From an uncultured Eubacteriales bacterium (lineage in GTDB: Bacteria; Bacillota; Clostridia; Oscillospirales; CAG-272), in contig CAKSZH010000004.1 of the NCBI GenBank assembly GCA_934525675.1, forward strand, positions 91,905 through 155,904: a DNA stretch of 64,000 nt. Reading direction: 5' to 3'. The notes beneath the pieces are model-generated. The model did not search any database and was not told the DNA's origin. It worked only from the letters and a program-made list of their open reading frames with translations. The first letter of the stretch is position 1. Every line of letters begins with the position of its first letter. Both the position numbers and the translations under genes were made by a program. Of the stretch, positions 34,609-43,634 are shown piece after piece.

Positions 34609-35679
34609 ATGAAAAAAGCATTGTGTATCTGTCTCATCATTGCGGCAGTTCTGCTGGTCGCGGGTGGGGTGTGTATGACGGTCGGATTCTTCCGGAACGG
34701 CGGATTTCCGTCGCTGTCCGGAAAAGAGTTTGAGGAGAAAACATTGACCTTCCCCAAAGAAACCAAAGAGATCCGGACAGATCTCGGGGTTCAGGACATC
34801 CTTGTCCGGCCGGGCGAGGACGATGAGATCCGCGTCCGTTGGTTCGAGGCAGAGAACGAACCGCTGCACGTTGCCTCCTCGGACGGGGTCGTGTCGGTCA
34901 CCAATCCGGAAAAGAACGGGTTTCATTTCTTTTGGGATTGGTTCTGGTATAAGGAAAAGAAACTGCTTGTGACCATTGAGCTTCCGGCAGAGTTTGCGGG
35001 TAGCCTGACGCTTGTTACCGATATCGGCAACATTGAAGTGCTGGCTGTGCAGGTTCCCGGCGGGGGACTGACGGTCCGGGTATCGACCGGCTCGGTAAAG
35101 ATCGCGGATTGTGCATTTGCGTCGGCGGAAATCCGGGCGACGACCGGCGGAACGGAACTGGAAAACGTGACCGTCGGCGCGAGGGAGGGAACGACCGGTT
35201 CTCTCCGGATTGCGGCGGAGACCGGGGTGATCTTATGCCGGAACGTCGCGGCAAAAGACACGGAACTTTCCGCGTCCACCGGCAAAACGGAAACGGAGAA
35301 CCTCAGCTGTACCGCGTTTTCCTCCGTGACCTCGACCGGAGAACAGTCGCATACCCGCCTTACGGCGTCGGGAGACGCGGAGATCCGGGTAACGACCGGA
35401 GTCGTGGAGACGGACACCCTGACCGCCGGCGGCGCGCTCCGCGTCACCTCCACGACGGGGTCGCAGTCGCTTCATGGCATCCGCGCGGGCGTGTCGATCT
35501 GGCTGGAGGCAACGACCGGCAGCATCCGCGGCTCGCTCCGCGGAACGGAAAATTACTATGCAAAAGACTGTTCCTCCGGGACCGGCAATGTGCGTCTGCC
35601 GCAGTTTGCAGCAGGGGGAACGGTTCCCCTGACCGCCCGTACCACAACCGGCAGCATCCGGCTGGATGCCGCAGACTGA
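34609..35679 (+). CDS. DUF4097-family beta-strand-repeat protein (putative adhesin fold), N-terminally anchored
   Basis: TM anchor followed by a reiterated G-S/T-V/I-x-V/I right-handed beta-helix-like pattern (STGSVKIAD, TTGGTELEN, ETGVILCRN, STGKTETEN, TTGVVETDT, TTGSIRG). Confidence 0.8.
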   Translation: MKKALCICLIIAAVLLVAGGVCMTVGFFRNGGFPSLSGKEFEEKTLTFPKETKEIRTDLGVQDILVRPGEDDEIRVRWFEAENEPLHVASSDGVVSVTNPEKNGFHFFWDWFWYKEKKLLVTIELPAEFAGSLTLVTDIGNIEVLAVQVPGGGLTVRVSTGSVKIADCAFASAEIRATTGGTELENVTVGAREGTTGSLRIAAETGVILCRNVAAKDTELSASTGKTETENLSCTAFSSVTSTGEQSHTRLTASGDAEIRVTTGVVETDTLTAGGALRVTSTTGSQSLHGIRAGVSIWLEATTGSIRGSLRGTENYYAKDCSSGTGNVRLPQFAAGGTVPLTARTTTGSIRLDAAD

Positions 35680-35892
35680 CGGGAATGGAACCTCATCGCC
35701 CGTAGAACCGGAACGGTGTTACCGATGTCCCCGCGGAGGCGAGGGATTTTGACCGTCCGCGGAAATCGGGCAGTGTGACCGGCGGCTGCACTTGCGTCCT
35801 GAGATCACGGACGACTGCCCCCGACAATTGCCGGCGGTATTCTGCCCGAGTGCCCGAAAAAAACGGGGAACCGGGCTCCCTCAATCGAAAAA

Positions 35893-35923
35893 AGAGCCGT
35901 CCCCGCGGGCGGCTCTTTCCGTT
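35893..35923 (+). terminator. hairpin terminator about 210 nt after the DUF4097 gene
   Basis: 10-bp stem AGAGCCGTCC/GGGCGGCTCT (one G-U pair), CCGC loop, TTCCGTT tail. Confidence 0.55.
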
Positions 35924-36117
35924 CGGACCGGATCCGGGTTCCGGAGAGCCCTTTCGCGGGTGCCGCAAAAATATTTTTCAAATTTCGGAAAAAAGTCTGG
36001 GAAATTCCGCCGGGATATGGTATACTATATTCAGTTGCCGGAAAACGGGGAAGTACCCCCGCCGGCGTTACACGGCGCGTGTCCGGGAAGCGGTGCGCGC
36101 GGATTTCGGAGGCGGAT

Positions 36118-37317
36118 ATGAAACGGATCATTTCGGGTATTCTGGCGATCGCCATGTGTCTTCTTTCCCTGCTTGCGTTGACCTTTTGCGCGCCAAAGGA
36201 CAAGCCGCTCACGCTCGGTGCGGGACAGATGGTCAACGGGATTCTGAAGGTCGGCGGGTACGCCTCCCCCGACTGCCTTGCCGTCAAGGGCGACGGTGTG
36301 TGGGAGCGCCAGTTTGACGCGTATTACGGGATTTCGCCCGATCTCGTCTCGGACGGCGCACTCGCGTATGCGTCCGGGCTTTCCGCCGATGAGATCTCCT
36401 GCCTTGTCGCAAAGGACGCAAAGGACGTGGCGACTCTGGAAAAGGCGCTCACCGATCACGTGGACCGTGAGTATCAGAATTACGTCAAATACGACGCGCA
36501 CGAGGCAAGCAAACTGAAAAGCGCAAAAACGGCTACATACGGCAGGTATGTGTTTCTCATTGTCTCCGACGATGTGTCGGAGATGCTGGAAACGCTGAAA
36601 AAGCTCGTCAAGGATCCCGCGACGGTACCCGCATACACCCCTGTGACCGACACCGGATCGGACCAGCCGACTGAAACCGAAACGGCGGTAAGCGGTTACG
36701 ACTACTCAAAGCCTGTTCCGGAAAACAAAAAGGCGGAGCTTGCCGCATGGGAAGCGGGAACGCTTTTTATCGGCGACTCCCGGCTGTATGGTCTGACCTA
36801 CTACCTCGGACTCGATCTCTATCGCTCCTACGCGTTTGAGAGCCTCAGCATCAACGGCATCGAAACCAAGAAGCTCGTCAAGGGGGACGGCGGCGACATC
36901 ACCATCGCCGAGGCGGTGAAAAAGAACAACGGATTTACCCGTTGCTATCTCATGTTCGGCATCAACGAGCTGAGCTGGGCGAACTCCGAGAGCTTCCGCA
37001 ATTATTACCGCGCCCTGATCGACACGGTGCGTGCGGCGAACCCCGACGCGGAGATTTACCTGATGGCGGTCTATCCCGTGGAGGAAGCCGCCGTGAAGAA
37101 TTACAAGGACGTGTTCACCAACGCAAACGTCCGTGCGGTCAACAAGACGCTCCTCGATCTTGCCGAAGAAAAGCAAGTCTATTACCTTGACAGCTTTGAG
37201 GCGCTGGAGGAAAACGGCGGGCTTCCGTCAGGGTCTACCAACGACGGCATTCATGTCGGCAAGGGACTTTGCCGGCAATTCCTCAATTATATTTTGTCGC
37301 ATACCGTAAAACACTGA
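36118..37317 (+). CDS. secreted SGNH/GDSL hydrolase (AlgX/AlgJ-like acyl-transfer partner)
   Basis: Signal peptide with Cys (LLALTFC). Block I FIGDSR, block III GINE, block V NDGIH. GGAGG RBS before ATG 36118. Confidence 0.8.
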   Translation: MKRIISGILAIAMCLLSLLALTFCAPKDKPLTLGAGQMVNGILKVGGYASPDCLAVKGDGVWERQFDAYYGISPDLVSDGALAYASGLSADEISCLVAKDAKDVATLEKALTDHVDREYQNYVKYDAHEASKLKSAKTATYGRYVFLIVSDDVSEMLETLKKLVKDPATVPAYTPVTDTGSDQPTETETAVSGYDYSKPVPENKKAELAAWEAGTLFIGDSRLYGLTYYLGLDLYRSYAFESLSINGIETKKLVKGDGGDITIAEAVKKNNGFTRCYLMFGINELSWANSESFRNYYRALIDTVRAANPDAEIYLMAVYPVEEAAVKNYKDVFTNANVRAVNKTLLDLAEEKQVYYLDSFEALEENGGLPSGSTNDGIHVGKGLCRQFLNYILSHTVKH

Positions 37318-37364
37318 TCGGAATACGCGAAGGGAAGTGATGTACTATCGTATTCAGCAGTCTG

Positions 37365-38765
37365 TTGTTCCTTTGCGTATTTCTGCCTGCGGTGCTGATC
37401 CTTTATTACCTCTGTCCGAGAAAGTTCCGCAATCTATTGCTCCTTGCCGTCAGCCTTTTGTTTTACGCGTGGGGCGAGCCGGTCTATATTCTGCTCATGC
37501 TCTTCACCATCGCGGTGGACTATGCGTCGGGGCTTCTCATTGATTTATTCAAAAGACGGGAAAAGCAGGGGCTTGCCCGGGCGACCCTCATTGTGACGGT
37601 CGTCATCAATCTCGGGCTGCTCGGTTTCTTCAAGTACACGGATTTTCTGATCGGTGCCATTGATTCCCTGACAGGGCTTGGACTGGGACTGCTCCGCATC
37701 GCTCTGCCGATCGGAATTTCCTTCTACACCTTCCAGACGCTTTCCTATACGATCGACGTCTATTGGGGCAATGTCCGTGTGCAGAAGAATCCCATTGATT
37801 TTGCCATGTTCGTGACTTTCTTCCCTCAGCTCATCGCGGGACCGATCGTCCGCTACTCTGACATTGAAAACGAGCTTTCCGGAAGAAAAGAGAACCCCGA
37901 ACAGTTCGTCCACGGCGTGTTCCGCTTCCTGGTGGGGCTTGGCAAAAAAGTGATTCTTGCCGACCGCATCGGTGCGGTGTTTGAAGCAATTTCAAAGTAC
38001 GACGCGGGAGAGCTTACCACTGTCATGGCGTGGACGGGTGCGCTTGCCTTCATGTTCCAGATCTATTTTGACTTTTCCGGTTATTCGGATATGGCGATCG
38101 GCATGGGGCAGATGTTTGGCTTTACCTTCCCCGAAAACTTCGATTACCCGTATGAAGCAACCAGCATCACGGATTTCTGGCGGCGCTGGCACATGACGCT
38201 CTCCGGCTGGTTCCGCGAATACCTGTATATCCCGCTCGGCGGTAACCGCAAAGGGAAGGCGCGGCAGATCCTCAATCTGTTCATCGTCTGGGCGCTGACG
38301 GGACTCTGGCACGGCGCTGACTGGAATTTTCTCCTCTGGGGGCTGTATTTCTTCTTCATTCTGTTCCTTGAGAAGACCTTCCTGCTTAAATTGCTTGACA
38401 AATGCCCGAAGTTTGTCCGACATCTCTACTCTCTCTTGCTGATTCTGTTCGGCTGGGTGATTTTCTCGGTTTCCGATTTGTCCGGGATGGGTGCGTGGTT
38501 TGCCGCAATGTTCGGCTTCGGCGCGGGCTTCTCTTCGGGAATGTCGTGGTACTATCTTGTGACAAGGTTGCCACTGTTCGTCCTGCTGGCGATCGGCTCG
38601 ACGCATTATCCGGCAAAATTCGCGGAATGGCTTGCGGATCGCATGAAACTGTCCGGAAATGCAAAGGTGATCGTCCGCGCTGTCTTTTCCTTCGCGCTTC
38701 TTTTCCCCTCTGTGATGCTCCTCGTGTCGGACAGTTACAGCCCGTTCCTGTATTTCCGGTTTTAA
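37365..38765 (+). CDS. MBOAT-family O-acyltransferase (AlgI/DltB-like); 5' end uncertain
   Basis: FYTFQTLSYTIDVY, catalytic-His region WRRWHMTLSGW, GLWHG. The first in-frame canonical start is TTG 37365, but conserved N-terminal residues are encoded upstream of it (see finding). Confidence 0.85.
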   Translation: MFLCVFLPAVLILYYLCPRKFRNLLLLAVSLLFYAWGEPVYILLMLFTIAVDYASGLLIDLFKRREKQGLARATLIVTVVINLGLLGFFKYTDFLIGAIDSLTGLGLGLLRIALPIGISFYTFQTLSYTIDVYWGNVRVQKNPIDFAMFVTFFPQLIAGPIVRYSDIENELSGRKENPEQFVHGVFRFLVGLGKKVILADRIGAVFEAISKYDAGELTTVMAWTGALAFMFQIYFDFSGYSDMAIGMGQMFGFTFPENFDYPYEATSITDFWRRWHMTLSGWFREYLYIPLGGNRKGKARQILNLFIVWALTGLWHGADWNFLLWGLYFFFILFLEKTFLLKLLDKCPKFVRHLYSLLLILFGWVIFSVSDLSGMGAWFAAMFGFGAGFSSGMSWYYLVTRLPLFVLLAIGSTHYPAKFAEWLADRMKLSGNAKVIVRAVFSFALLFPSVMLLVSDSYSPFLYFRF

Positions 38766-38780
38766 GGGGGTGACGAAGAT

Positions 38781-40001
38781 ATGGATGAAAAGCAAAAAAT
38801 GCCGAAAAAAGACGAAAACGCCCCCGCCATGGGAAACAAGCCTTTGTCAAACCGGACCGGACGAATTTATCTGTGCGTCGCCGTCCTGTTTGTCTTGGTG
38901 CTCACCGTCATGGGAACACTCATTTTCGCGCTCCCGCACAAAACGTATTCCGAAAACGAAAACAGGGAACTGAAGCAGTTTCCCGCTCCCAAATGGAGCA
39001 CCATCCTCTCCGGCGAATGGCAGGGAAAGCTTGCTGATTTCCTGACCGATCAGTTTCCGGGGCGGGACTATCTGACCGCCGCATCGTCCGCTGTCCTCCG
39101 CGGGGCGGGCATCCGAGATATTTCCGGCGCGTTTGTCGGGAAAGACGGATACTACTTTGAAATGACCACCGAACAGGCGTTTGACCGGGAGCGGTTCCGC
39201 ATGAATCTGCTGTCGATCGAGCGGTTTGCCAAGGCGTACCCGGAGATCGACGTGACGGTTCTGCTCGCGCCCGATGCAGGTGTGATCCTGCCAGAAAAGC
39301 TGCCGACGTTTGCCGAGATGTACGATGCGGACAAGAGCTACCGCACGGCGGAAGAGCTTCTTCCGGATGCGACCGTCATTGATCTGCGCGACGCCCTGAT
39401 CGGCGCCAAGAACGAGGGTCAGCTTTACTACCGTACCGATCACCACTGGACGACGCTCGGCGCGTACTACGCCTACCGTGCCTACATGATCTCGCGGGGA
39501 GAGACGCCCGACAGCTACGAGTCTTTTTCTCCCGAAACCGTCACAGAGGAGTTCCTCGGAACGCTTTATTCCAAGGTGCTCGACGCGTCAACGACTCCGG
39601 ATCCCATTGAGATCATCCGCCTGCCCGATACACTGACGGTAACGGAAAACGGCGGGGAGGCATCGGTCTATCACATGGACGCGCTGGAAAAGAAGGACAA
39701 ATATACGGTGTTCTTCGGCGGTAACCCGGGCAAGGTCGTCATCCGCAATTCCGCGGTGAAGAACGGCAAGACCCTGCTTGTCTTCAAGGATTCCTTCGCA
39801 AACAGTATGGTCCCGTTCCTCACGGGCGAGTACGAGAAGATCGTGATGATCGACCTGCGTTACTTCCGCCCGACGGGGAAGGAGGATCCCGTCACGGCGC
39901 TGATGCGTGACGAGGGCGTGACCGAGGTGCTGTTCCTCTATCAGCTTTCCGGCTTTTCCACCTTCGATAAACTGATATCCGCGCTGAAGGAGAGCCGTTG
40001 A
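38781..40001 (+). CDS. DHHW-family protein (MBOAT-associated, extracytoplasmic)
   Basis: N-terminal TM anchor and the eponymous motif YYRTDHHWTTLGAYYAY. Confidence 0.85.
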   Translation: MDEKQKMPKKDENAPAMGNKPLSNRTGRIYLCVAVLFVLVLTVMGTLIFALPHKTYSENENRELKQFPAPKWSTILSGEWQGKLADFLTDQFPGRDYLTAASSAVLRGAGIRDISGAFVGKDGYYFEMTTEQAFDRERFRMNLLSIERFAKAYPEIDVTVLLAPDAGVILPEKLPTFAEMYDADKSYRTAEELLPDATVIDLRDALIGAKNEGQLYYRTDHHWTTLGAYYAYRAYMISRGETPDSYESFSPETVTEEFLGTLYSKVLDASTTPDPIEIIRLPDTLTVTENGGEASVYHMDALEKKDKYTVFFGGNPGKVVIRNSAVKNGKTLLVFKDSFANSMVPFLTGEYEKIVMIDLRYFRPTGKEDPVTALMRDEGVTEVLFLYQLSGFSTFDKLISALKESR

Positions 40002-40010
40002 ATTTCAAAC

Positions 40011-40050
40011 AAAACTCCGGGACGACCGCATGCGACCGTCCCGGAGTTTT
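40011..40050 (+). terminator. intrinsic terminator of the O-acylation operon
   Basis: AAAACTCCGGGACG / loop / CGTCCCGGAGTTTT, followed by a T-rich tail. Confidence 0.85.
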
Positions 40051-40074
40051 GTATTCGGTTTTGTTTTCCCGTTC

Positions 40075-40123
40075 GCCCCGCCGCCGGATCCCCGCTTCGC
40101 GGGTGCCCGCCGGCAGGCGGGGC
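40075..40123 (+). repeat. solo copy of the GC-rich extended hairpin module
   Basis: GCCCCGCCGCCGGATCCCCGCTTCGCGGGTGCCCGCCGGCAGGCGGGGC. Same fold as 18811-18859 and 40238-40287. Confidence 0.75.
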
Positions 40124-40143
40124 GGTATTGTTCCTTTGCGACT

Positions 40144-40288
40144 GGCGACTTCCGCCCGCACCACGGGCACTTTGTTTCAAAGATTTCAAGCCCTCGCGCA
40201 AATTTCCGTGCCGGATCGCGGACTTCCGCCGCCTGTCGCCCCGCCGCCGGATCCCCGCTCCGCGGGTGCCCCGCCGGCAGGCGGGGCT
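40144..40288 (+). repeat. about 145-nt GC-rich intergenic repeat unit ending in the extended hairpin (40238-40287)
   Basis: Homologous to 18715-18860 with nearly identical termini and the same length to within 1 nt. Confidence 0.75.
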
Positions 40289-40293
40289 TCCGT

Positions 40294-41439
40294 TTATTTT
40301 CCCGGTTCCGCGATCTCCGCCGGAAGCGGCTCCTCCGGCACCTTGGTGACAGGAAGTATCACCCGAAACGTCGAACCCTCGCCGGGCCTGGAATCCACTT
40401 CGATCTTCCCGCCGCACAGGTCCAGGATCCGTGCGACCAGCGTCAGCCCGATGCCGTTTCCTTCGGAGGCGTGCGAGCGGTCGCCCTGATAAAACTTGTC
40501 GAAAATGTGGGCGCGTACCTCGTCCGTCATGCCGCAACCCGTGTCGGTCACCGTGACGGTGATAAATTCCGGCGTCGTCCGGAGCCGGACGCTGACACTC
40601 CCGCCGCGCGGGGTAAACTTGATCGCGTTTCCGAGCAGATTGATCCACACGCGGGACAGCATCTCCTCGTCAAAATAGTATTTCGCCTCGTCCAGCTCCA
40701 CGTCGAGCTGAATCTCCTTGCGCTCCCAGTCGCGTTCCAGAAGCAGAATGCACTCACGGATCTGCTCGTCAAGAAAGAATTCGGTCTTTCCCGTCACGAT
40801 CTGCTGATTCTCCAGCTTGGTCAGAAGCAGAACGTTGGTCGCCATCTTGGCAAGCCGGTCGGATTCCTGTACAATAATGTTCAGGTATTCCTTCTCCTGC
40901 TCCGGAGTCAGCCCGCCTGCCTGCAACTGCTTTGCAAAACCGCGTACCGAAACGATCGGCGTCTTGAATTCATGGGAGAAATTGTTGATGAAATCGTTGC
41001 GGAACATTTCAATGCCGTCCAGCTCCTTTGCCATTTGATTGAAGCTGCGCGTCAGCTCCGCCACCTCGCCGTTCCATTCCTCGCTCGGTTCCTCAATACG
41101 TACCGAAAAGTTGCCCTTGGCAATCTCCTCCGTGCCGTATTTCAGCTCGCGGAGCGGCTGGAGGAACTTCTTGCTGAGCAGCGCCGACAGACAGGTTCCG
41201 ACGATAATACTGGACAGAAGTACGGCAATGACCGGTGCCGCCGGATCGAGCAGCAGGTGAAAGGACCCGGTCCCCCTCAGCGTCAGAATCAGAAACGCGG
41301 AAAACAGTCCCGCCGTCAGAAACAGAAACAGCACAAACAAAATCAGATTGATCCGGAGACTGCCGAGGTGAGAATGCTTTTTGCCGCACTCTTTCGCGTT
41401 GTTTTTAGCTTCTCTGTCCGCTTTGTCGCTTTTTTTCAT
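40294..41439 (-). CDS. sensor histidine kinase (2 TM, HAMP, HisKA, HATPase_c)
   Basis: H-box FINNFSHEFKTPI, N-box LLGNAIKFT, G-boxes DTGCGM and GNGIGL. Confidence 0.9.
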   Translation of the reverse strand: MKKSDKADREAKNNAKECGKKHSHLGSLRINLILFVLFLFLTAGLFSAFLILTLRGTGSFHLLLDPAAPVIAVLLSSIIVGTCLSALLSKKFLQPLRELKYGTEEIAKGNFSVRIEEPSEEWNGEVAELTRSFNQMAKELDGIEMFRNDFINNFSHEFKTPIVSVRGFAKQLQAGGLTPEQEKEYLNIIVQESDRLAKMATNVLLLTKLENQQIVTGKTEFFLDEQIRECILLLERDWERKEIQLDVELDEAKYYFDEEMLSRVWINLLGNAIKFTPRGGSVSVRLRTTPEFITVTVTDTGCGMTDEVRAHIFDKFYQGDRSHASEGNGIGLTLVARILDLCGGKIEVDSRPGEGSTFRVILPVTKVPEEPLPAEIAEPGK

Positions 41440-42110
41440 GCAAGCGCCACCGCCTTGTATCCGAGTCCGCGCACGGTGATGATCTGAAAATCTGTGCTGT
41501 CGCGGAAACGCTCGCGCACGCGGGAAATGTGAACGTCCACCGTGCGCTCGTCGCTTTCGCTGTCCATGTCCCAGATCTCATCCATCAGCTGGCGGCGGGT
41601 AAAGATTTTGTTCTGATAGGATAAGAGCTTGAACAAAAGAAGAAATTCCTTTTGCGGAAGCTCCTGCGTTTTGTCTTCGGTCTTCACGGTGAAGGAATCA
41701 TAAAGAAGCGTGGTCTTGCCGACCGTCAGCTTGCGCTCGTTGGCAATGCGTGCCCGGCGGAGCAGGGCGGCAATCCGGAGCACCATTTCTTCCTCGTCCA
41801 CAGGCTTGACCATGTAATCGTCTGTGCCTGCGATGAAGCCCCGGTGCTTGTCCGCGGGAGCTTCCTTTGCCGTGACCATGAGGATCGGCAGATTGCACCC
41901 GCAGCTGCGGAGCGTGCTTGTGAATTCATAGCCGTCCATCCGCGGCATCATCACGTCAAGCACGATCAGGTCAATGTGGTGCTTGTCCAGCGCTTCAAGC
42001 GCTTCCAGACCGTCTGCGGCGGTCGAGACCTCGTAATCGTGCCTTGTCAGGACGGCGGACATGAGTTTTCTCGTATTGGGGTCGTCTTCGACCACAAGAA
42101 TCTGAAACAT
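41436..42110 (-). CDS. OmpR-family response regulator
   Basis: MFQILVVEDD...DLIVLDVMMPRMDG receiver domain plus a winged-helix domain (VDVHISRVRERF...TVRGLGYK). ATGA overlap with the kinase gene. ORF-track start trimmed. Confidence 0.9.
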   Translation of the reverse strand: MFQILVVEDDPNTRKLMSAVLTRHDYEVSTAADGLEALEALDKHHIDLIVLDVMMPRMDGYEFTSTLRSCGCNLPILMVTAKEAPADKHRGFIAGTDDYMVKPVDEEEMVLRIAALLRRARIANERKLTVGKTTLLYDSFTVKTEDKTQELPQKEFLLLFKLLSYQNKIFTRRQLMDEIWDMDSESDERTVDVHISRVRERFRDSTDFQIITVRGLGYKAVALA

Positions 42111-42334
42111 AGATCGGTTTCCTCCGTTTCTGCTTCGGTTTACTGCTCCTATTATATCTGAACTCCGTGAACTAAATGTTAACGGTCGGAAGGAGGTAGC
42201 CTCCGTAAAAAAACATACATCGGGCAGGAACAATTCCGGGACTGTATCGTCAGAAAGTATGGAATGACAGGATCGTTCCGTATGTAAGCCCCGGAGAGCC
42301 CGGCTGTATCATCCACAAGAAAAGGAGATTGACT

Positions 42335-43582
42335 ATGAAAAAACTGCTGATTTCGGTATCCTGTATCTGGCTTGCCCTCCTGCTTTGCCTCGGGCTTGCT
42401 TCCTGTACGCTTCAGGTTCACGCAGAGAACCTTGCCGAAGGGTACAGCCGGCAGACGGACGACGCGGGAGCGGTCACAGAGGACGGATCGCGCGCCCTCA
42501 TCGACTATTCCTTTGACCTTTTCCGCAAGACGGGCGGGGAACACCTGAATGCCGGGAAGAACGAGCTTTTGTCGCCTCTGTCTGCCGCGGCGGTGCTTGC
42601 CATGATTGCAAACGGCGCGGAGGGAGAGACGCTTGCCCAGCTTGAAACGCTGCTCGGCGCCGACCGTGACGCGCTCAACCGGTATTACTACGCCTTTTTC
42701 GGCGGGCTTTCCTCCACGGACAAATGCAAGGTGACCTATGCGGATTCCGTCTGGTTCCGCGAGGGACAGATCAATGTCCGCCCGGAATTTTTGCAGGCGA
42801 ACGCCGATTGGTTCGGTGCAGACGCCTATGCCGCTCCTTTCGATGCGTCCACCGTGAAGGATATCAATACCTGGGTGAAAAAGAACACGGACGGCATGAT
42901 CGACTCGATCCTCGATCGCATTGACGCGGATTCGGTCATGTATCTCATCAATACGCTGGTGTTCGACGCAAAGTGGGAAACGCTGTACGAAAAGAACCAG
43001 ATTTCGGACGGGGAATTCACCTCTTCTGACGGCATCCGGCGGACGGTGACCTATCTTTCCTCCACCGAAAACAAATACCTGTCCGGCGACGGCTTTGTCG
43101 GCTTTGCCAAGAATTACGACGGCGGGAAATACAGCTTCTGCGCCCTGCTCCCCGACGAGGGGACGGAGATCGGAGAGTTTGTTTCGTCGCTTTCGGGAGA
43201 AAAATTCCTTGATGCATGGCAGGGGAAGACCTCGGAGAGCGTTCTTGTCCGTCTGCCGGAGTTCAGATTTGAAGGCGGCGGGGAACTGAACGACGCGCTG
43301 AAATCCCTCGGTGTGACCGACCTGTTTGCGCCGGGCATCGCGGATCTTTCCGGAATCAACACGGCGGGCGGACTGTATTGTGCAAAGATTGCGCAGAAGA
43401 CGGTCATTGATGTCAGCCGCAACGGGACCAAAGCGGCGGCGGTCACGTGGGGAGGTATAAAAGAACAGGGCGCACCGATGGGACAGCACGAGGTGTACCT
43501 CACCCGTCCCTTTGTGTTCGCAATTGTGGACAACGCGACAGGCGTGCCGCTCTTCCTCGGCGCGGTGACCCGGCTCGGATAA
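42335..43582 (+). CDS. serpin-family serine protease inhibitor, predicted lipoprotein
   Basis: Lipobox LGLASC. Serpin core and an inhibitory-type hinge GTKAAAVT before the ...RPFVFAIVD C-terminus. AAGGAG RBS 7 nt before ATG 42335. Confidence 0.85.
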   Translation: MKKLLISVSCIWLALLLCLGLASCTLQVHAENLAEGYSRQTDDAGAVTEDGSRALIDYSFDLFRKTGGEHLNAGKNELLSPLSAAAVLAMIANGAEGETLAQLETLLGADRDALNRYYYAFFGGLSSTDKCKVTYADSVWFREGQINVRPEFLQANADWFGADAYAAPFDASTVKDINTWVKKNTDGMIDSILDRIDADSVMYLINTLVFDAKWETLYEKNQISDGEFTSSDGIRRTVTYLSSTENKYLSGDGFVGFAKNYDGGKYSFCALLPDEGTEIGEFVSSLSGEKFLDAWQGKTSESVLVRLPEFRFEGGGELNDALKSLGVTDLFAPGIADLSGINTAGGLYCAKIAQKTVIDVSRNGTKAAAVTWGGIKEQGAPMGQHEVYLTRPFVFAIVDNATGVPLFLGAVTRLG

Positions 43583-43593
43583 CATGAAATCTC

Positions 43594-43629
43594 AAAACGA
43601 GCGCCGCCCTTGCGGGCGGCGCTCGTTTT
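43594..43629. terminator. bidirectional intrinsic terminator between the serpin gene and tepA
   Basis: 16-bp stem AAAACGAGCGCCGCCC/GGGCGGCGCTCGTTTT, TTGC loop. Confidence 0.85.
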
Positions 43630-43634
43630 ACAAT

